DNA of 64,000 nt from Halobacteriales archaeon QS_8_69_26. Its GTDB lineage: Archaea > Halobacteriota > Halobacteria > Halobacteriales > SW-7-71-33. Below, one piece after another: positions 39,332 through 50,517 of the stretch. Position 1 is the stretch's first letter. Each line of letters opens with the position of its first letter. The notes below the pieces were generated by a model, which saw only the letters and a list, made by a program, of their open reading frames with translations, was not told the origin of the DNA and did not search any database. The translations under genes were made by a program, and so were the position numbers. The stretch covers positions 927 through 64,926 of the forward strand of contig PXRX01000003.1 in assembly GCA_003023195.1 (NCBI GenBank), given 5' to 3'.

Positions 39332-39611
39332 GGCCGACCGGTGGGGCCGAGAGGAGAAAAGTACCCGCCGGGTACTGGGACCGATCCGGCACCTCCGTCC
39401 GCGGTCGGGGCGGTCCCACGTCGGCCGCCGATCCGGCGCCGACCCCACGTCGGCCACTCGTCCCCGCCGGGCCCGGCGTTCATTACCCGTCGCCGGTTGC
39501 GGGGCACATGGGCTACCACCTCGTCGATCCGGACGACCCCCGGATCGACGGTGGGATCCGTGCCGGTCCGCCGGTGATCGTTCGAGTGGAACGGATCCGG
39601 TCGAAGAAGGA

Positions 39612-39764
39612 GCGGGCCGGGAGGGATTTGAACCTGATTGCGAGACGATCCCTCGCTTCGCTCGGGCGTGCGTCTCGCGTGGTTCAAATCCTCTGGCCGC
39701 TTCTCCGATCCGGCACTCGCTCGTCGCTGGCGCTCCTCGCTCGTGAGTCGGATTGGAGAAGCGG
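39612..39764. repeat. tRNA-associated palindromic element carrying direct and inverted copies of the tRNA 3' end
   Basis: 39612-39634 is identical to 39761-39783; degenerate inverted copy at 39681-39700; further hairpins. Confidence 0.75.
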
Positions 39765-39835
39765 GCCGGGAGGGATTTGAACCCCCGACCGACGGATTAA
39801 GAGTCCGTCGCTCTCCCTAACTGAGCTACCGGCCC
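39762..39835 (-). tRNA. tRNA-Lys (CUU)
   Basis: GGGCCGGTAGCTCAGTTAGGGAGAGCGACGGACTCTTAATCCGTCGGTCGGGGGTTCAAATCCCTCCCGGCCCG folds as a cloverleaf with anticodon CTT; no encoded CCA. Confidence 0.95.
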
Positions 39836-39911
39836 GGGCGACTCCGGCTAGCACGGGTTCGCCCAAATAGGTTTTGTTTGGATCCCCCGCCACCTCGCGG
39901 TTCGAACGATT

Positions 39912-39933
39912 TTTACAGTAAATTTACTGTAAA
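39912..39933. repeat. TTACNGTAA-NN-TTACNGTAA palindrome, copy 3 (perfect 22-bp palindrome)
   Basis: TTTACAGTAAATTTACTGTAAA. Confidence 0.9.
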
Positions 39934-39957
39934 TCTCCCAAAGCCGCGATCCCCCAG

Positions 39958-41106
39958 TCACCCCCGGAGGGCGTCGACCGGCCGGTCCGTGGCCGCGCGG
40001 TAGGCGGGGTAGATCCCGCTGAGGAGGCTGGTGCCGAGGCCGAACGCCACTGCAACTAGTGGGTAGACCGCGTTGCTCGGGTGGAGCACGACGGACAGTT
40101 CCAGAACGGTGAACTCGTACAGCCCCAGCAGGATCGCCACGCTCGCCACCGCCCCGAGGAGAGACCCGACGGCGCCCAGCACCGCCGCCTCCGCGAGCAC
40201 GAGTTTCAGCACCTGGACGCGCTGGATCCCCACGGCCCGCATGACTCCTATCTCCTCGCGGCGCTCGACGGTCGTGACGAACATGATGTTGAGGATGGAG
40301 ACGCCGGCAACGAGCAGCGACACCGCGCCGATCCCCACGAGGAAGCCCGACAGGAGGTCGAAGAACTCGTCGATCCGGGAGACGACCGAGGAGAGTTCGA
40401 ACACCGACACCCGGTCCTGGCGGGCGTTGAGCCGCCCGCGGATCCGGTCGGCCGCGGCGGCGGCCTCCCGCCCGGAGTCGGCCTGGACGATGGCCTGGTC
40501 GAACTCGTCCGAGCGGAACTCGTCGGGCGGCAGGATGACGGCGTTGTCCGGGCGCACCGGGGTGATGGAGTCGGTGTCGGCGAGGACGGCGACCACGCGG
40601 TACTCGTTGCCCTCTATCTCGACGGTCGAGCCGACCCGGAGGTCCAGGCTCTCGGCCACGTCGGGGCCGACGATCACCCCCTGGCGGTGGCGTTCGGGCA
40701 ACTCCCCGGACCGGGCCTCGAACAGCGCCCCGGGCGTGGCGGTGCCGTACAACTGTGCGAACGTCCCCTCCGACCCCCGCTCGACGAGGGCCCCGCCGGT
40801 CTTGACCGGGACCACCGTGGCGTCCTCCCCGGCGGCCCGGTCTATCTCCCGGAGGTCCCGGTCCGAGAGCGACTCGACGCCGGCGTCCTGGTTGGGGTTG
40901 ACGATCACCTGGTTGCCCAGCCCCCCCAGCGACTGGGCGGCGGCTAGCTGGAGCACGTTCCCGAACATCCCCAGCGTGGCGATGGCCAGCACGCCGATGG
41001 CGATCCCCAGGACCGACAGCGCCGACCGGAGCCGGTTGCGCGAGAGGTTCCGGCGCGCGAGGACGACCGCCGGGAACCGCCGGTAGAGGGTTCGACGGAC
41101 GCTCAC
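39958..41106 (-). CDS. MacB/FtsX-type ABC transporter permease
   Basis: LARRNLSRNRLRSAL..LGI.IGV, ERREEIGVMRAVG, YPAYRAA..PVDALR. Confidence 0.9.
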   Translation of the reverse strand: MSVRRTLYRRFPAVVLARRNLSRNRLRSALSVLGIAIGVLAIATLGMFGNVLQLAAAQSLGGLGNQVIVNPNQDAGVESLSDRDLREIDRAAGEDATVVPVKTGGALVERGSEGTFAQLYGTATPGALFEARSGELPERHRQGVIVGPDVAESLDLRVGSTVEIEGNEYRVVAVLADTDSITPVRPDNAVILPPDEFRSDEFDQAIVQADSGREAAAAADRIRGRLNARQDRVSVFELSSVVSRIDEFFDLLSGFLVGIGAVSLLVAGVSILNIMFVTTVERREEIGVMRAVGIQRVQVLKLVLAEAAVLGAVGSLLGAVASVAILLGLYEFTVLELSVVLHPSNAVYPLVAVAFGLGTSLLSGIYPAYRAATDRPVDALRG

Positions 41107-41368
41107 GGTCCGGTTACCTCCGGTCCCCGGTTCGTTCGAATCGTCGGCCGGTCCGAACCGGTCTCCGGGCCGCCAGTCCCAGCGGTCCACCCCGACGGAG
41201 GCCACACCCTCCCCAGCCGACTCCCTCCCTCGTTCCTCGGTCGGTCGTCCCTCGCGCGGGGTCGTCGCGGCCGGTCGCCAGTGGCTCCCGGCCGCGACCG
41301 CACGCGCCTGCCGGACGCCCGTCGAGGCGGTTCGGCGGAGCCCGGGCGTCCGGGCTGTTCGCCGGGGA

Positions 41369-42051
<683 letters not shown>

Positions 42052-42052
<1 letters not shown>

Positions 42053-43668
42053 CAGTCGCCCCCGTCGCGGTCGGCGTCCGCCCGAACCCGTTGTCGCTCC
42101 CCCCCGTCCCGGATCCGGCGGACCGCGGCCCACCCGCCCAGCGGGATCCCGACCAGCGCGACCCCGACCAGGACGCCCAGGAGCAGGCCGGAATCGACGG
42201 GACCGCCGCCGCCCTCGTCGGGCGGGGTCAGCGAGTCGTCGTAGGGGATCCGGATCCGCCGGGTCTGCTGGACCCCGTCGACCGTGTAGGTCACGACCAG
42301 GGGGACGACGGTGGCGTTGGGCGCGTCGACGTCGGCGGTGAGTTCGAAGGGGGCGAACTCGCTGCCCTCGACGGTCCCGACGAAGTAGTTGCGCCGGGGG
42401 TAGGTGGGTTCGACCCCGGTGGCGTTGCCCACCGCGACGACGACGCCGGTGACCTCGGCGTCGCCGACGTTGCCCGCGTTGCCCTCGACGTGCAGGGCGC
42501 CGTCCTCGCCGAAGCGCATGCTGACGCCGGTCAGGGCGACGCTCCCGGTAGCGGGCCGGTAGTCGTAGGCCGCCTCGACCGACCCCTCGTCGCCGGCCAT
42601 CCGGTACTCGACCGAGAAGCGCACCTCGCCCGCCCGGTCGACCGACGAGAGGTCGACGGTCACCGACGCGGACTCGCCGGGCGCGACCGGTCCGGGGACC
42701 GCCTGGCGGGGCAGGGTCCGGTCGCCGGCGACGGGCCGGACGACGACGGCTCTCGCCGGCGCGTTGCCGAAGTTGGTGACGGTCACCTCGACCGTCGTTG
42801 GTCGCCGGGGCCCCTCGTCCTCCTCGGTGGTCTGGCCCCCGCCGAGGACGCCCTCGACGCCCCCGATGGCCGGCTCGGCCTCGTCCTCGCTGACCGGTTC
42901 GACCCGCACGCCGACGTCGCGGTCCGCCGGTGCGACCGACACGGTCCGGGACAGCGACGTGTTCGCCCGGACCCCCGCCGCGGTGGTGTAGGACAGGTCC
43001 GCACGGACCGATCCCTCGCCGGCGGCCGTGGGCCGCAGGGTGACGTTCACCGTCGTCGTCTCACCGGCGGCCAGGTCCGGCACCGTCGCCCGGTTCGCGA
43101 CCGGGTCGAACCCGTCGCCGTCGACCGAGAGCGCCAGATTCCGCACCGGTTCAGTCGTCGGGTTGGCGACCGTGACGGCGACCCGGGTCGGTTCGCCGAC
43201 GGCGGACGGTGGAACGCCGAGTTCGACCTGGGGCGGCGCTCGTTCGACCACCACCGAGAGGGGGCGTTCCACACGCGTCCGGTTGCCGTTCTCGTCGGTG
43301 GCGACCGCGACGACGGTCAACTCGTGTTCCCCGGCCGAGTCGAACCGCGCCGTCAGGGGAATCGTCAGCGTCTCGCCGCCGGAGAGGGTCCCCGGGTCCG
43401 TCGCGTTGACCAGGGTCCGGTCGCCCTCCCGGACCGCCACCCACTCGACGGCGGCGGGCGAGGGCGACCCGGCCGAATTCCGCAGCGTCACCGCCATCGT
43501 CACCGGTTCCCCCGTCACCGGCGTCCCCGGCGACACCGCCACGTCGGTCACCGTCACCCGGGCGTCATCCGGCGGGTCCGCGACGGCCGTCCCGGCCTGC
43601 CCCCCGACCCCCACCACGACCGGGAGGGCGACGAGAACCGCGACCGCAAGTACCGTCGACCGTTCCAT
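42052..43668 (-). CDS. exported CARDB/COG1361-like Ig-fold protein with C-terminal TM
   Basis: Signal peptide, repeated beta-sandwich motifs, YFVG.V..SEFAPFEL, TM anchor; coupled to the ABC genes. Confidence 0.8.
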
Positions 43669-44014
43669 TCCCCCGGGATTACGACGCCGCCCGCAAATAC
43701 GTGTCGCCGGCGGGGACCACTGCCGACTCGACGGCGGATCCGTCGGGGACCACTGCCGGTTCGGTGGCGGATCCGCCGGCCGACTCCCGGAACGGGCGAT
43801 CCGTCGCTCGTCCGTCGGAAGCGGTCCGTTCGCCGGCCGGCCTCGATAAGCCAGGATTACCGTGGGCGGCGACCGGCGTAGCGAGCGGAGGCGGTCGACG
43901 AATCACCCGGATCCCCTCCGGAGAGAGTTTCCTCTACCCCGCCGCTGCCTGCCGTTTTTTCCGGCCGAACGCAGGCCGAGAGCGTTAAGTGTCGGCCCGC
44001 AAAACGTCGATCCA

Positions 44015-45466
44015 ATGAGCACTGGGGTCACTATCTCCTCGATGTCCACCTACGCGATCCTCGGCTGTGGGAGCGTGGGGTACGCGGTGGCCGAGGAACT
44101 CATGGAACAGGGCAAGGACGTCCTGATCATCGACTACGACTCCGGGCGGGTGGAGACGCTCCGGGAACAGGACATGAACGCCCGGACGGCCGACATCCGC
44201 GAGACCGAGGTCGCGGGCGTCGTCGCCGACCAGGACGTCGTCCTGATCCTCTCCTCGGACGTCGAGGCCAACAAGGAGGCGGTGCGGAACATCCGCCAGG
44301 AGAACGGCGACGAGCAGTTCGTCGTCGCGCGGGCCTCGGACCCGGTGTCGGCCGACGACCTGCGGGACCTGGGCACCGACGTCGTCATCAACCCCTCGAA
44401 GGTCATCGCCGACTCGGCGCTGCGCTCGCTGGAGTCGGGCGAACTGGAACACCGCGCCCGCACCCTGGAGTCGGTCATCGTCGACACCCGAAAGCGGTTG
44501 GCGATCATCGCCCACGACAACCCCGACCCCGACGCCATCGCCTCGGCCGTCGCGCTGTCGGCCATCGCCGACCACCTCGGGGCCGAGGCCGACATCCTCT
44601 ACCGGGGGGACCTGGGCCACCAGGAGAACCGGGCGTTCGCCAACCTCCTGGGGATCGACATGCTGGAGTGGGACGAGGTCGACCACGACGACTACGACAC
44701 CGTCGCCCTGGTCGACCACGCCGAACCGACCGAGGACCCCCTGGACATGGAGGTGGCCGTCCTCATCGACCACTACGAGTCCGAGGGCCGCTACGACGCC
44801 GAGTTCGTCGACGTCCGCCCGAACATGTCCTCGACGTCGACGATCATGACCAAGTACATCCAGGAGTTCGACATGCGGGTCGACGAGGCCGTCGCCACCG
44901 CGCTCCTGTACGGCATCCGCGCCGAGACGATGGACTTCAAGCGCGACACCACGCCCGCCGACCTCACCGCCGCGGCCTACCTCTACCCCTTCGCCAACCA
45001 CGAGACCCTGGAACAGGTCGAGTCCCCGTCGATGTCCCCGGAGACCCTGGACGTCCTCGCGGAGGCCATCTCCAGCCGCGAGGTCCAGGGGTCACACCTC
45101 GTCTCGAACGCCGGCTACGTCACCGACCGCGAGGCGCTCTCCCAGGCCGCCCAGCACCTCCTGAACCTGGAGGGGATCACCACCACCGCCGTCTTCGGCG
45201 TCGGCGAGGACACCATCTACGTCGCCGCGCGCTCGAAGGACATCCGGATCAACATCGGCAACATCCTCCAGGAGGCCTACGGCGACATCGGCCGGCCGTC
45301 GGGCCACTCCACCCAGGGGAGCGCCGAGATACCGCTCGGGATATTCACGGGCATCGAGCCGACCGACGACACCCGCGACACCCTGCTGGAGCTGACCGAG
45401 CAGGCCGTCAAGTCCAAGCTGTTCGCGGCGCTGGGCGTCGAGGCCGAGAGCGAGAACGGGTCCTAG
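44015..45466 (+). CDS. TrkA-N / DHH family phosphoesterase
   Basis: GCGSVG NAD fold; HDNPDPDAIAS, VDH, IDHY, SGHSTQG. Confidence 0.88.
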   Translation: MSTGVTISSMSTYAILGCGSVGYAVAEELMEQGKDVLIIDYDSGRVETLREQDMNARTADIRETEVAGVVADQDVVLILSSDVEANKEAVRNIRQENGDEQFVVARASDPVSADDLRDLGTDVVINPSKVIADSALRSLESGELEHRARTLESVIVDTRKRLAIIAHDNPDPDAIASAVALSAIADHLGAEADILYRGDLGHQENRAFANLLGIDMLEWDEVDHDDYDTVALVDHAEPTEDPLDMEVAVLIDHYESEGRYDAEFVDVRPNMSSTSTIMTKYIQEFDMRVDEAVATALLYGIRAETMDFKRDTTPADLTAAAYLYPFANHETLEQVESPSMSPETLDVLAEAISSREVQGSHLVSNAGYVTDREALSQAAQHLLNLEGITTTAVFGVGEDTIYVAARSKDIRINIGNILQEAYGDIGRPSGHSTQGSAEIPLGIFTGIEPTDDTRDTLLELTEQAVKSKLFAALGVEAESENGS

Positions 45467-45759
45467 GCGACCGCGGCCGCCTCCTCTTCCTGCTCGGGGT
45501 CGCGGAGTCGCTCGACGACGTCGTTGACCAGCACCACGTCGCCCACGGCGCGGACCCAGCGGTAGGGGACCATCACGCCGCGGGCGTCGTCGACGTGACC
45601 GTCGAACAGTTCGCCGTTCAACTCGCCGAGCGCGAGGCCGGTTACCTTCTCGGCGTGCACGTCGATGCGGACGTCCTCGATTTCGCCGACGAACACGCCG
45701 TTGTTCGAGTACACCTCCCTGCCGATCAGGCTGGTTATCTCCTGGGGCGGGTTCTCCAT
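45463..45759 (-). CDS. cdpB1: PRC-barrel protein, CdpB1-like cell-division factor
   Basis: EITSLIGREVYSNNGVFVGEIED...PYRWVRAVGDVVL; paralog assignment rests on recalled similarity and synteny with the DHH gene. Confidence 0.7.
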   Translation of the reverse strand: MENPPQEITSLIGREVYSNNGVFVGEIEDVRIDVHAEKVTGLALGELNGELFDGHVDDARGVMVPYRWVRAVGDVVLVNDVVERLRDPEQEEEAAAVA

Positions 45760-45934
45760 ACCCGCCTAGCCGGCCCGCCCGGACTTAGTTCTACGTCAGA
45801 CGGGCGTCAGACTCCCGGGGTCGGCGACACCGCGATCGACCGTCGAACGTACCACTGTGATCCCGGTCGGGCAGCGAATATCCTATCGTTCGGCCAGCGA
45901 ATATCCTACCGGTCGGTCAGCGAACGCACCACCG

Positions 45935-46020
45935 CGATCGCGGTCGGTCGTCGGAACCGTATTGGGATCGCGGTCGGTCGTCGGAACCGTATTGGGATCG
46001 CGGTCGACCGTCGAAACCGC
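45935..46020. repeat. ~30-bp tandem repeat x2.5
   Basis: gatcgcggtcggtcgtcggaaccgtattgg. Confidence 0.75.
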
Positions 46021-46078
46021 ACCGAAAAGGGGACGCAGTCGCGCCGACCCCGGCCCCGTGGCCGGGTGACCGGCGGCG

Positions 46079-46690
46079 TTACTCGAAGTGGTCGAGGCAG
46101 GTGTGGAACTCGTCGGCGGCGTGGTCCCAGTCGACGACCTCGAAGAAGCCCTCGATGAAGTCACCGCGGGCGGGACCGTAGTCGTGGTAGTAGGAGTGCT
46201 CCCAGACGTCGAGCGCGAGGATCGGGTGCGACCCCCAGAGGGCACCCTGGTCGTGCTTGTCCACGACGAGGTTGCGGAGCTGGTTGGCGACGGGATCGTA
46301 GACCAGCAGGGCCCAGCCGCCGGCGGCGCCCGCGGCGGCCTCGAACTCGCCCTTCCAGGCCTCGTAGGAACCGAAGTCCTCCTCGATGCGGTCGCGGAGT
46401 TCGCCCTCCGGCTCTCCTCCGCCGTTCGGGTCCATGTTGTCCCAGAAGAGGGTGTGGAGGTAGTGGCCACAGCCGTTGTGGGTGACGTTGCGCATGGCCG
46501 CGGCACTGGAGCCGAAGTCCCCGCTCGCGCGGTTCTCGGCCAGCGTCTCCTCGGCGCTGTTCAGGCCGTTGACGTATCCCTGGTGGTGCGTGTCGTGATG
46601 CCAGGTGACTACCTGCTCGCTGATGTGGGGTTCGAGCGCGTCGTAGTCGTACGGCAGGTCGGGTAGCTCGGCGTGGGAGTGTTCGCTCAT
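46079..46690 (-). CDS. sod: Mn/Fe superoxide dismutase
   Basis: LPYDYDALEP, HHDTHHQGY, GHYLHTLFW, DVWEHSYY. Confidence 0.96.
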   Translation of the reverse strand: MSEHSHAELPDLPYDYDALEPHISEQVVTWHHDTHHQGYVNGLNSAEETLAENRASGDFGSSAAAMRNVTHNGCGHYLHTLFWDNMDPNGGGEPEGELRDRIEEDFGSYEAWKGEFEAAAGAAGGWALLVYDPVANQLRNLVVDKHDQGALWGSHPILALDVWEHSYYHDYGPARGDFIEGFFEVVDWDHAADEFHTCLDHFE

Positions 46691-46801
46691 GGTTTCGCTC
46701 CGTTCGTACGTTCGCCCGTAGCGGTGTTAAAATTTGGCAAAAGGTATCGACGCTCGACCGACCGTAACCGATCCCAGTTTCGCGGGGGCGCGGCGGCCGT
46801 C

Positions 46802-47782
46802 CTACCCCTCCCACTCCTCGAACGACCGGTAGATCCCCTTCGAGAGGTACCGCTCGCTGGAGTCGGGGAACACCGTCGCGACCGCGTCGTGTGGGGCGTC
46901 TATCTCGCCGTCGCGGATCCGTTCGGCGACGGCGACTGCGGCGACCGAGGCCGCGGCGGCGCTGGAGGCGACCAGTTGCCCTTCCTCCTCGGCAAGGCGG
47001 CGCGTTTCGCGGTGGGCGGCCCGGTCGGCCACCTGGACCACCTCGTCCACCAGGTCCGGCTCGAACAGTTCGTTCGTCGTCGGGTCGTGGGTGCCGATCC
47101 CCTCCATCTTGTAGTCGCCCTCCACGGGGTCCTCGCCCTCGAACGCGGAGTACATCGACCCCTCGGGTTCGACGGCGGTGACGTGGACCCCCGGTTCCTG
47201 CTCGCGGACGTACCGGGCGATCCCCATCAGGGTGCCAGCGGTGCCACACCCGGCGACGACGGCACCGACCTCGCCGTCCAGGGCCTCCCATATCTCGGGG
47301 CCGGTCGTCTCGTAGTGGGCCTCCGTGTTGAGCGGGTTCGCGAACTGCTGGGGGACGACGGCGTCGTCGAGTTCCTCGGCCAGTTGCTGGGCGCGGTCGA
47401 TGGCCCCGCCCATCCCCTCCTCGGTGGGCGTGTTGATTATCTCGGCCCCCAGCGCGTCCATCAGTTGCTGTTTCTCCACGCTGAACCGCTCGGGGACGAC
47501 GAACACCGCGTCGACGCCGAGTTGCCCCGCGGCGATGGCCAGTCCGATCCCGGTGTTGCCGGCGGTCGGTTCGATGACCGTCCCCCCTTCGGGCAACTCG
47601 CCGCTGTCGAGCATCGCCTCGATCATGTACCGGCCGATCCGGTCCTTGACGCTGGCACCCGGGTTGAACGACTCCAGTTTCGCGTAGACCGGCACCGCGT
47701 CCGGGGCGGCGTGGACCCGGACCAGCGGCGTTCGCCCGACGGTCTCCAGCACGGAATCCAGGGGCTCCCGGTGGGTCGTCAT
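46802..47782 (-). CDS. cysteine synthase / cystathionine beta-synthase family
   Basis: KLESFNPGASVKDR, EPTAGNTG, GTAGT, PDSSERYLSK. Confidence 0.9.
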   Translation of the reverse strand: MTTHREPLDSVLETVGRTPLVRVHAAPDAVPVYAKLESFNPGASVKDRIGRYMIEAMLDSGELPEGGTVIEPTAGNTGIGLAIAAGQLGVDAVFVVPERFSVEKQQLMDALGAEIINTPTEEGMGGAIDRAQQLAEELDDAVVPQQFANPLNTEAHYETTGPEIWEALDGEVGAVVAGCGTAGTLMGIARYVREQEPGVHVTAVEPEGSMYSAFEGEDPVEGDYKMEGIGTHDPTTNELFEPDLVDEVVQVADRAAHRETRRLAEEEGQLVASSAAAASVAAVAVAERIRDGEIDAPHDAVATVFPDSSERYLSKGIYRSFEEWEG

Positions 47783-47896
47783 TACCCGAGGGGTCGGTTC
47801 CGTGGCGGATAATCCTTGCCACTCGACGGCCGGTCCTCCGGACACGGGGGCGAGCCGGTGATCCTCCGGCCGGGATCCCCCGATGCTCGCCGGTCC

Positions 47897-48733
47897 TTAC
47901 CCCTCCCTGACGTCGATCCCCGTCGACCGTCGCGAGGCCCGGTCCCGGTCGGAGTCGCCGTCGTCCCCGGGCGAGTCGGTATCCCCGGTCCCGTCGTCGG
48001 GGGATCCGGCGCCGTCGTTCCCCTCTGCGGGATCGTCCGCGCTGTCCGCGGCGTCGTCGCTCGATTCCGCGGGATCGTCCCGGGTTTCTCCGGCGTCGTC
48101 GGTCGGCTCCGCGGTACCGTCCTCGCTGTCCGCGGCCGGCTCGCCCGAGCCCCCCTCGACGCCCTCCGCGTCCAGGCTATCCCGGTCGGTTCCCCCGGGA
48201 TCCTCGCGTGCCTCGCCGGCACTCTCGTCGACGTCTCCCGCATCCCCGGCCGGTTCGGCCGGCTCCGTCTCCGGATCCGCAACGTCGTCGGTCGGTTCGG
48301 ACTCCCCTACGTCCGGCGTCTCCCCCGGATCGTCGCCCGTCGCGTCGGCAGCCTCGGCGGATCCCCCGTCGGTGCCGGTCCCGGTCGACCCGTCCACCGC
48401 GTCCCCCGATCCGGACTCCCCGGCGTCGCCCAGTTCCGCGAACTCCTCGTCGGCACCGAGCACCGGCCCGGCGTCCAGGCCGGCCTGGTCGTAGATGGCC
48501 ACGACGTCGAGTCCGTCCCGGTGGGCCATCGCCTCCAGGAGCGCGGTCTGGCGGTCGATCTTCCGTTCGAGGACGTCGACGCGCTCGTTGGTCTCTTCGA
48601 CCCGGTCGCTCGCCTCGTCGACGTCCTCCTTCAACTGGACGAGTTCGTCGGTGACCGTCTTCAACTGCGAGTACATCTGCTCGGCCATCTTGGCGAGCTT
48701 CTGGACCCGCTTGGCCGTGCTTCCCAATCCCAT
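47897..48733 (-). CDS. DUF5798-like coiled-coil protein with long acidic tail
   Basis: MGLGSTAKRVQKLAKMAEQMY coiled coil. Confidence 0.7.
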   Translation of the reverse strand: MGLGSTAKRVQKLAKMAEQMYSQLKTVTDELVQLKEDVDEASDRVEETNERVDVLERKIDRQTALLEAMAHRDGLDVVAIYDQAGLDAGPVLGADEEFAELGDAGESGSGDAVDGSTGTGTDGGSAEAADATGDDPGETPDVGESEPTDDVADPETEPAEPAGDAGDVDESAGEAREDPGGTDRDSLDAEGVEGGSGEPAADSEDGTAEPTDDAGETRDDPAESSDDAADSADDPAEGNDGAGSPDDGTGDTDSPGDDGDSDRDRASRRSTGIDVREG

Positions 48734-48793
48734 GGACGCGGATCCGGCGGCTGTCGTCTTGGACCTTCCGACTCGCTGGACGGCCGCGTGTCG

Positions 48794-50209
48794 CTACCCG
48801 TCGCCCTCGAGGGCGTCGGTCGCTTGCCGGAAGAGGCCGTCGAGGATTTCCGGGGTCGTCGGGTGGTAGGCGCGGTCCGGGACCTCCCGGACGTCCAGTT
48901 CCATCTCCACGGCCAGTTGGGCGGTCTTCGCCATCACGTCGGCGTGGTAGTGCAGGCCCTGGTAGCCCAGGACGGTGCCGTCGTCGGGGTCGACGACCAG
49001 CGTCGCCAGCCCCTCCGGGGCGTCCTTGGTGCGGAACACGCCGTCGTCGCGGGCCTCGCGGGTGACGGCCACGTGGTCGATCCCCGCGGCCTCGGCCGAT
49101 TCCTTCGAGTGGCCGACCCGGGCGTAGGGGTAGACCCCGAGGCCGGTGAAGATGACGTGGTGGTGGACGTTCTCGTAGGGGACCAGGCCCTCGCCCCGGT
49201 GGTGCCGGAGGACGTTCCCGGCCGCGAGGTGGCCCTCCTCCTTGGCGACGTGGAGGATCGGTTCCCGGCTGTTGGCGTCGCCGACGACGAAGGTGTGGTC
49301 GTCGTCGGCCGCCTGCATGGTGTCCCCGACCCACCCCGGACCGGGGTCGATGCCCGCGTTCGCCAGGCCGAGGCCGTCGAGGTTCGGGCGTCGACCGGTG
49401 AACAGGAACAGGTGGTCGGCCTCGACGGTCGCCGCCCCGTCCTCGCGGTCGGTGTGCAACCGGACGCCGCCGTCGTCGGTCGGTTCGAGGCGTTCCTCGT
49501 ACGTCTCCCGGAGGATCCGGACGTCGAAGTTCTCCTCGTAGATGTCGAGGAGGGCGTCGCCGTACGCCGGGTCCGCCTCGTCGATCGGCCGGGCGTCGTG
49601 TTCGACGACGGTCAGCGAGAGGCCGGCGGCCTCCGAGAGGTACGGCACGAGTTCGGTCCCGACGTAGCCAAAACCCATCACGATCCCCGACTCGCCCGCG
49701 TAGCCCGTCGCGTCGAGGACGTCGGCGCTGGTCTCGTACTCGACGTCGTCGATCCCCGGGAGGTCGGGAACGTTCACCGTCGACCCGGTGGCGACGACGA
49801 CGTAGTCCGGTTCGATCCGTCGGTCCCCGACCGCGACCGTCCGGTCGTCGACGAACCGGGCGGTCTCGTGGAGGAACTCGACGTTCCCTCGCTCGGCCAT
49901 CCGCTCGACGGCCCCGCGCCGGTGGCTCGCGAAGTCGGCGACGTGTCCGTCCTTCGTCTCGACGACTCGCTCCATGTCGATCCCCGGCGGGTCGTCGGGG
50001 AGTCGATGGTCGTGTCGGGCCTGGAACCGGTGGGCGGCGGCCGAGAGCACCTCCTTGGAGGGCATACACCCTCGCAGGATGCAGAGGCCGCCGCCCGGAT
50101 CACCGTCGTCGACCAGGGTGAGTCGCACGTCCTCCTCGACGAGGCGGTCGGCGACGGCCACCCCGGCACTGCCGTACGCGCCGACGACGACTACGTGGGG
50201 TCGCGTCAT
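48794..50209 (-). CDS. dihydrolipoamide dehydrogenase-like pyridine nucleotide-disulfide oxidoreductase
   Basis: GGLCILRGCMPSK, ATGS, GFGYVG, HPTTPE. Confidence 0.88.
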   Translation of the reverse strand: MTRPHVVVVGAYGSAGVAVADRLVEEDVRLTLVDDGDPGGGLCILRGCMPSKEVLSAAAHRFQARHDHRLPDDPPGIDMERVVETKDGHVADFASHRRGAVERMAERGNVEFLHETARFVDDRTVAVGDRRIEPDYVVVATGSTVNVPDLPGIDDVEYETSADVLDATGYAGESGIVMGFGYVGTELVPYLSEAAGLSLTVVEHDARPIDEADPAYGDALLDIYEENFDVRILRETYEERLEPTDDGGVRLHTDREDGAATVEADHLFLFTGRRPNLDGLGLANAGIDPGPGWVGDTMQAADDDHTFVVGDANSREPILHVAKEEGHLAAGNVLRHHRGEGLVPYENVHHHVIFTGLGVYPYARVGHSKESAEAAGIDHVAVTREARDDGVFRTKDAPEGLATLVVDPDDGTVLGYQGLHYHADVMAKTAQLAVEMELDVREVPDRAYHPTTPEILDGLFRQATDALEGDG

Positions 50210-50380
50210 ACTTCCCCGTCGATCCCCCGGGGGATAGGCGTTTGCCCGGGCGTGTGCGCCGGGGACACGACCGGATCGGGACGAGACCCCACCGGCCGGA
50301 GCACGACGGAACCGACCGGCCGGGGCACGACCGGAGCCCCCGCGACCGGATCCCGAGGACGCCACCGCGCCCGTAGCCGT

Positions 50381-50431
50381 TTACAGTAACGTTACCGTAA
50401 GTTTCCCCGGGTTACCGTAACCGTACTGTAA
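50381..50431. repeat. TTACNGTAA-NN-TTACNGTAA palindrome, copies 4 and 5 in tandem
   Basis: TTACAGTAACGTTACCGTAA (50381) and TTACCGTAACCGTACTGTAA (50412). Confidence 0.85.
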
Positions 50432-50517
50432 GCCGGCGGATCGACGGCTCCGGACCCACGAACCGGCGGATCGACGGCTCCGGAGGAGCCGGAACACCGG
50501 GAGTGCGGGCGGAGGTC

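Noticed and set aside
39612-39700. Second tRNA gene
   Set aside because: Only the 3' 23 nt match; there is no D-arm or anticodon arm.
47816-50389. Very long alternative-frame or antisense ORFs (857 aa here; also 18212-20602, 52569-54932, 12452-14497 and others)
   Set aside because: Arg/Pro/Gly-rich shadows of real genes, expected from stop-codon scarcity at high GC.
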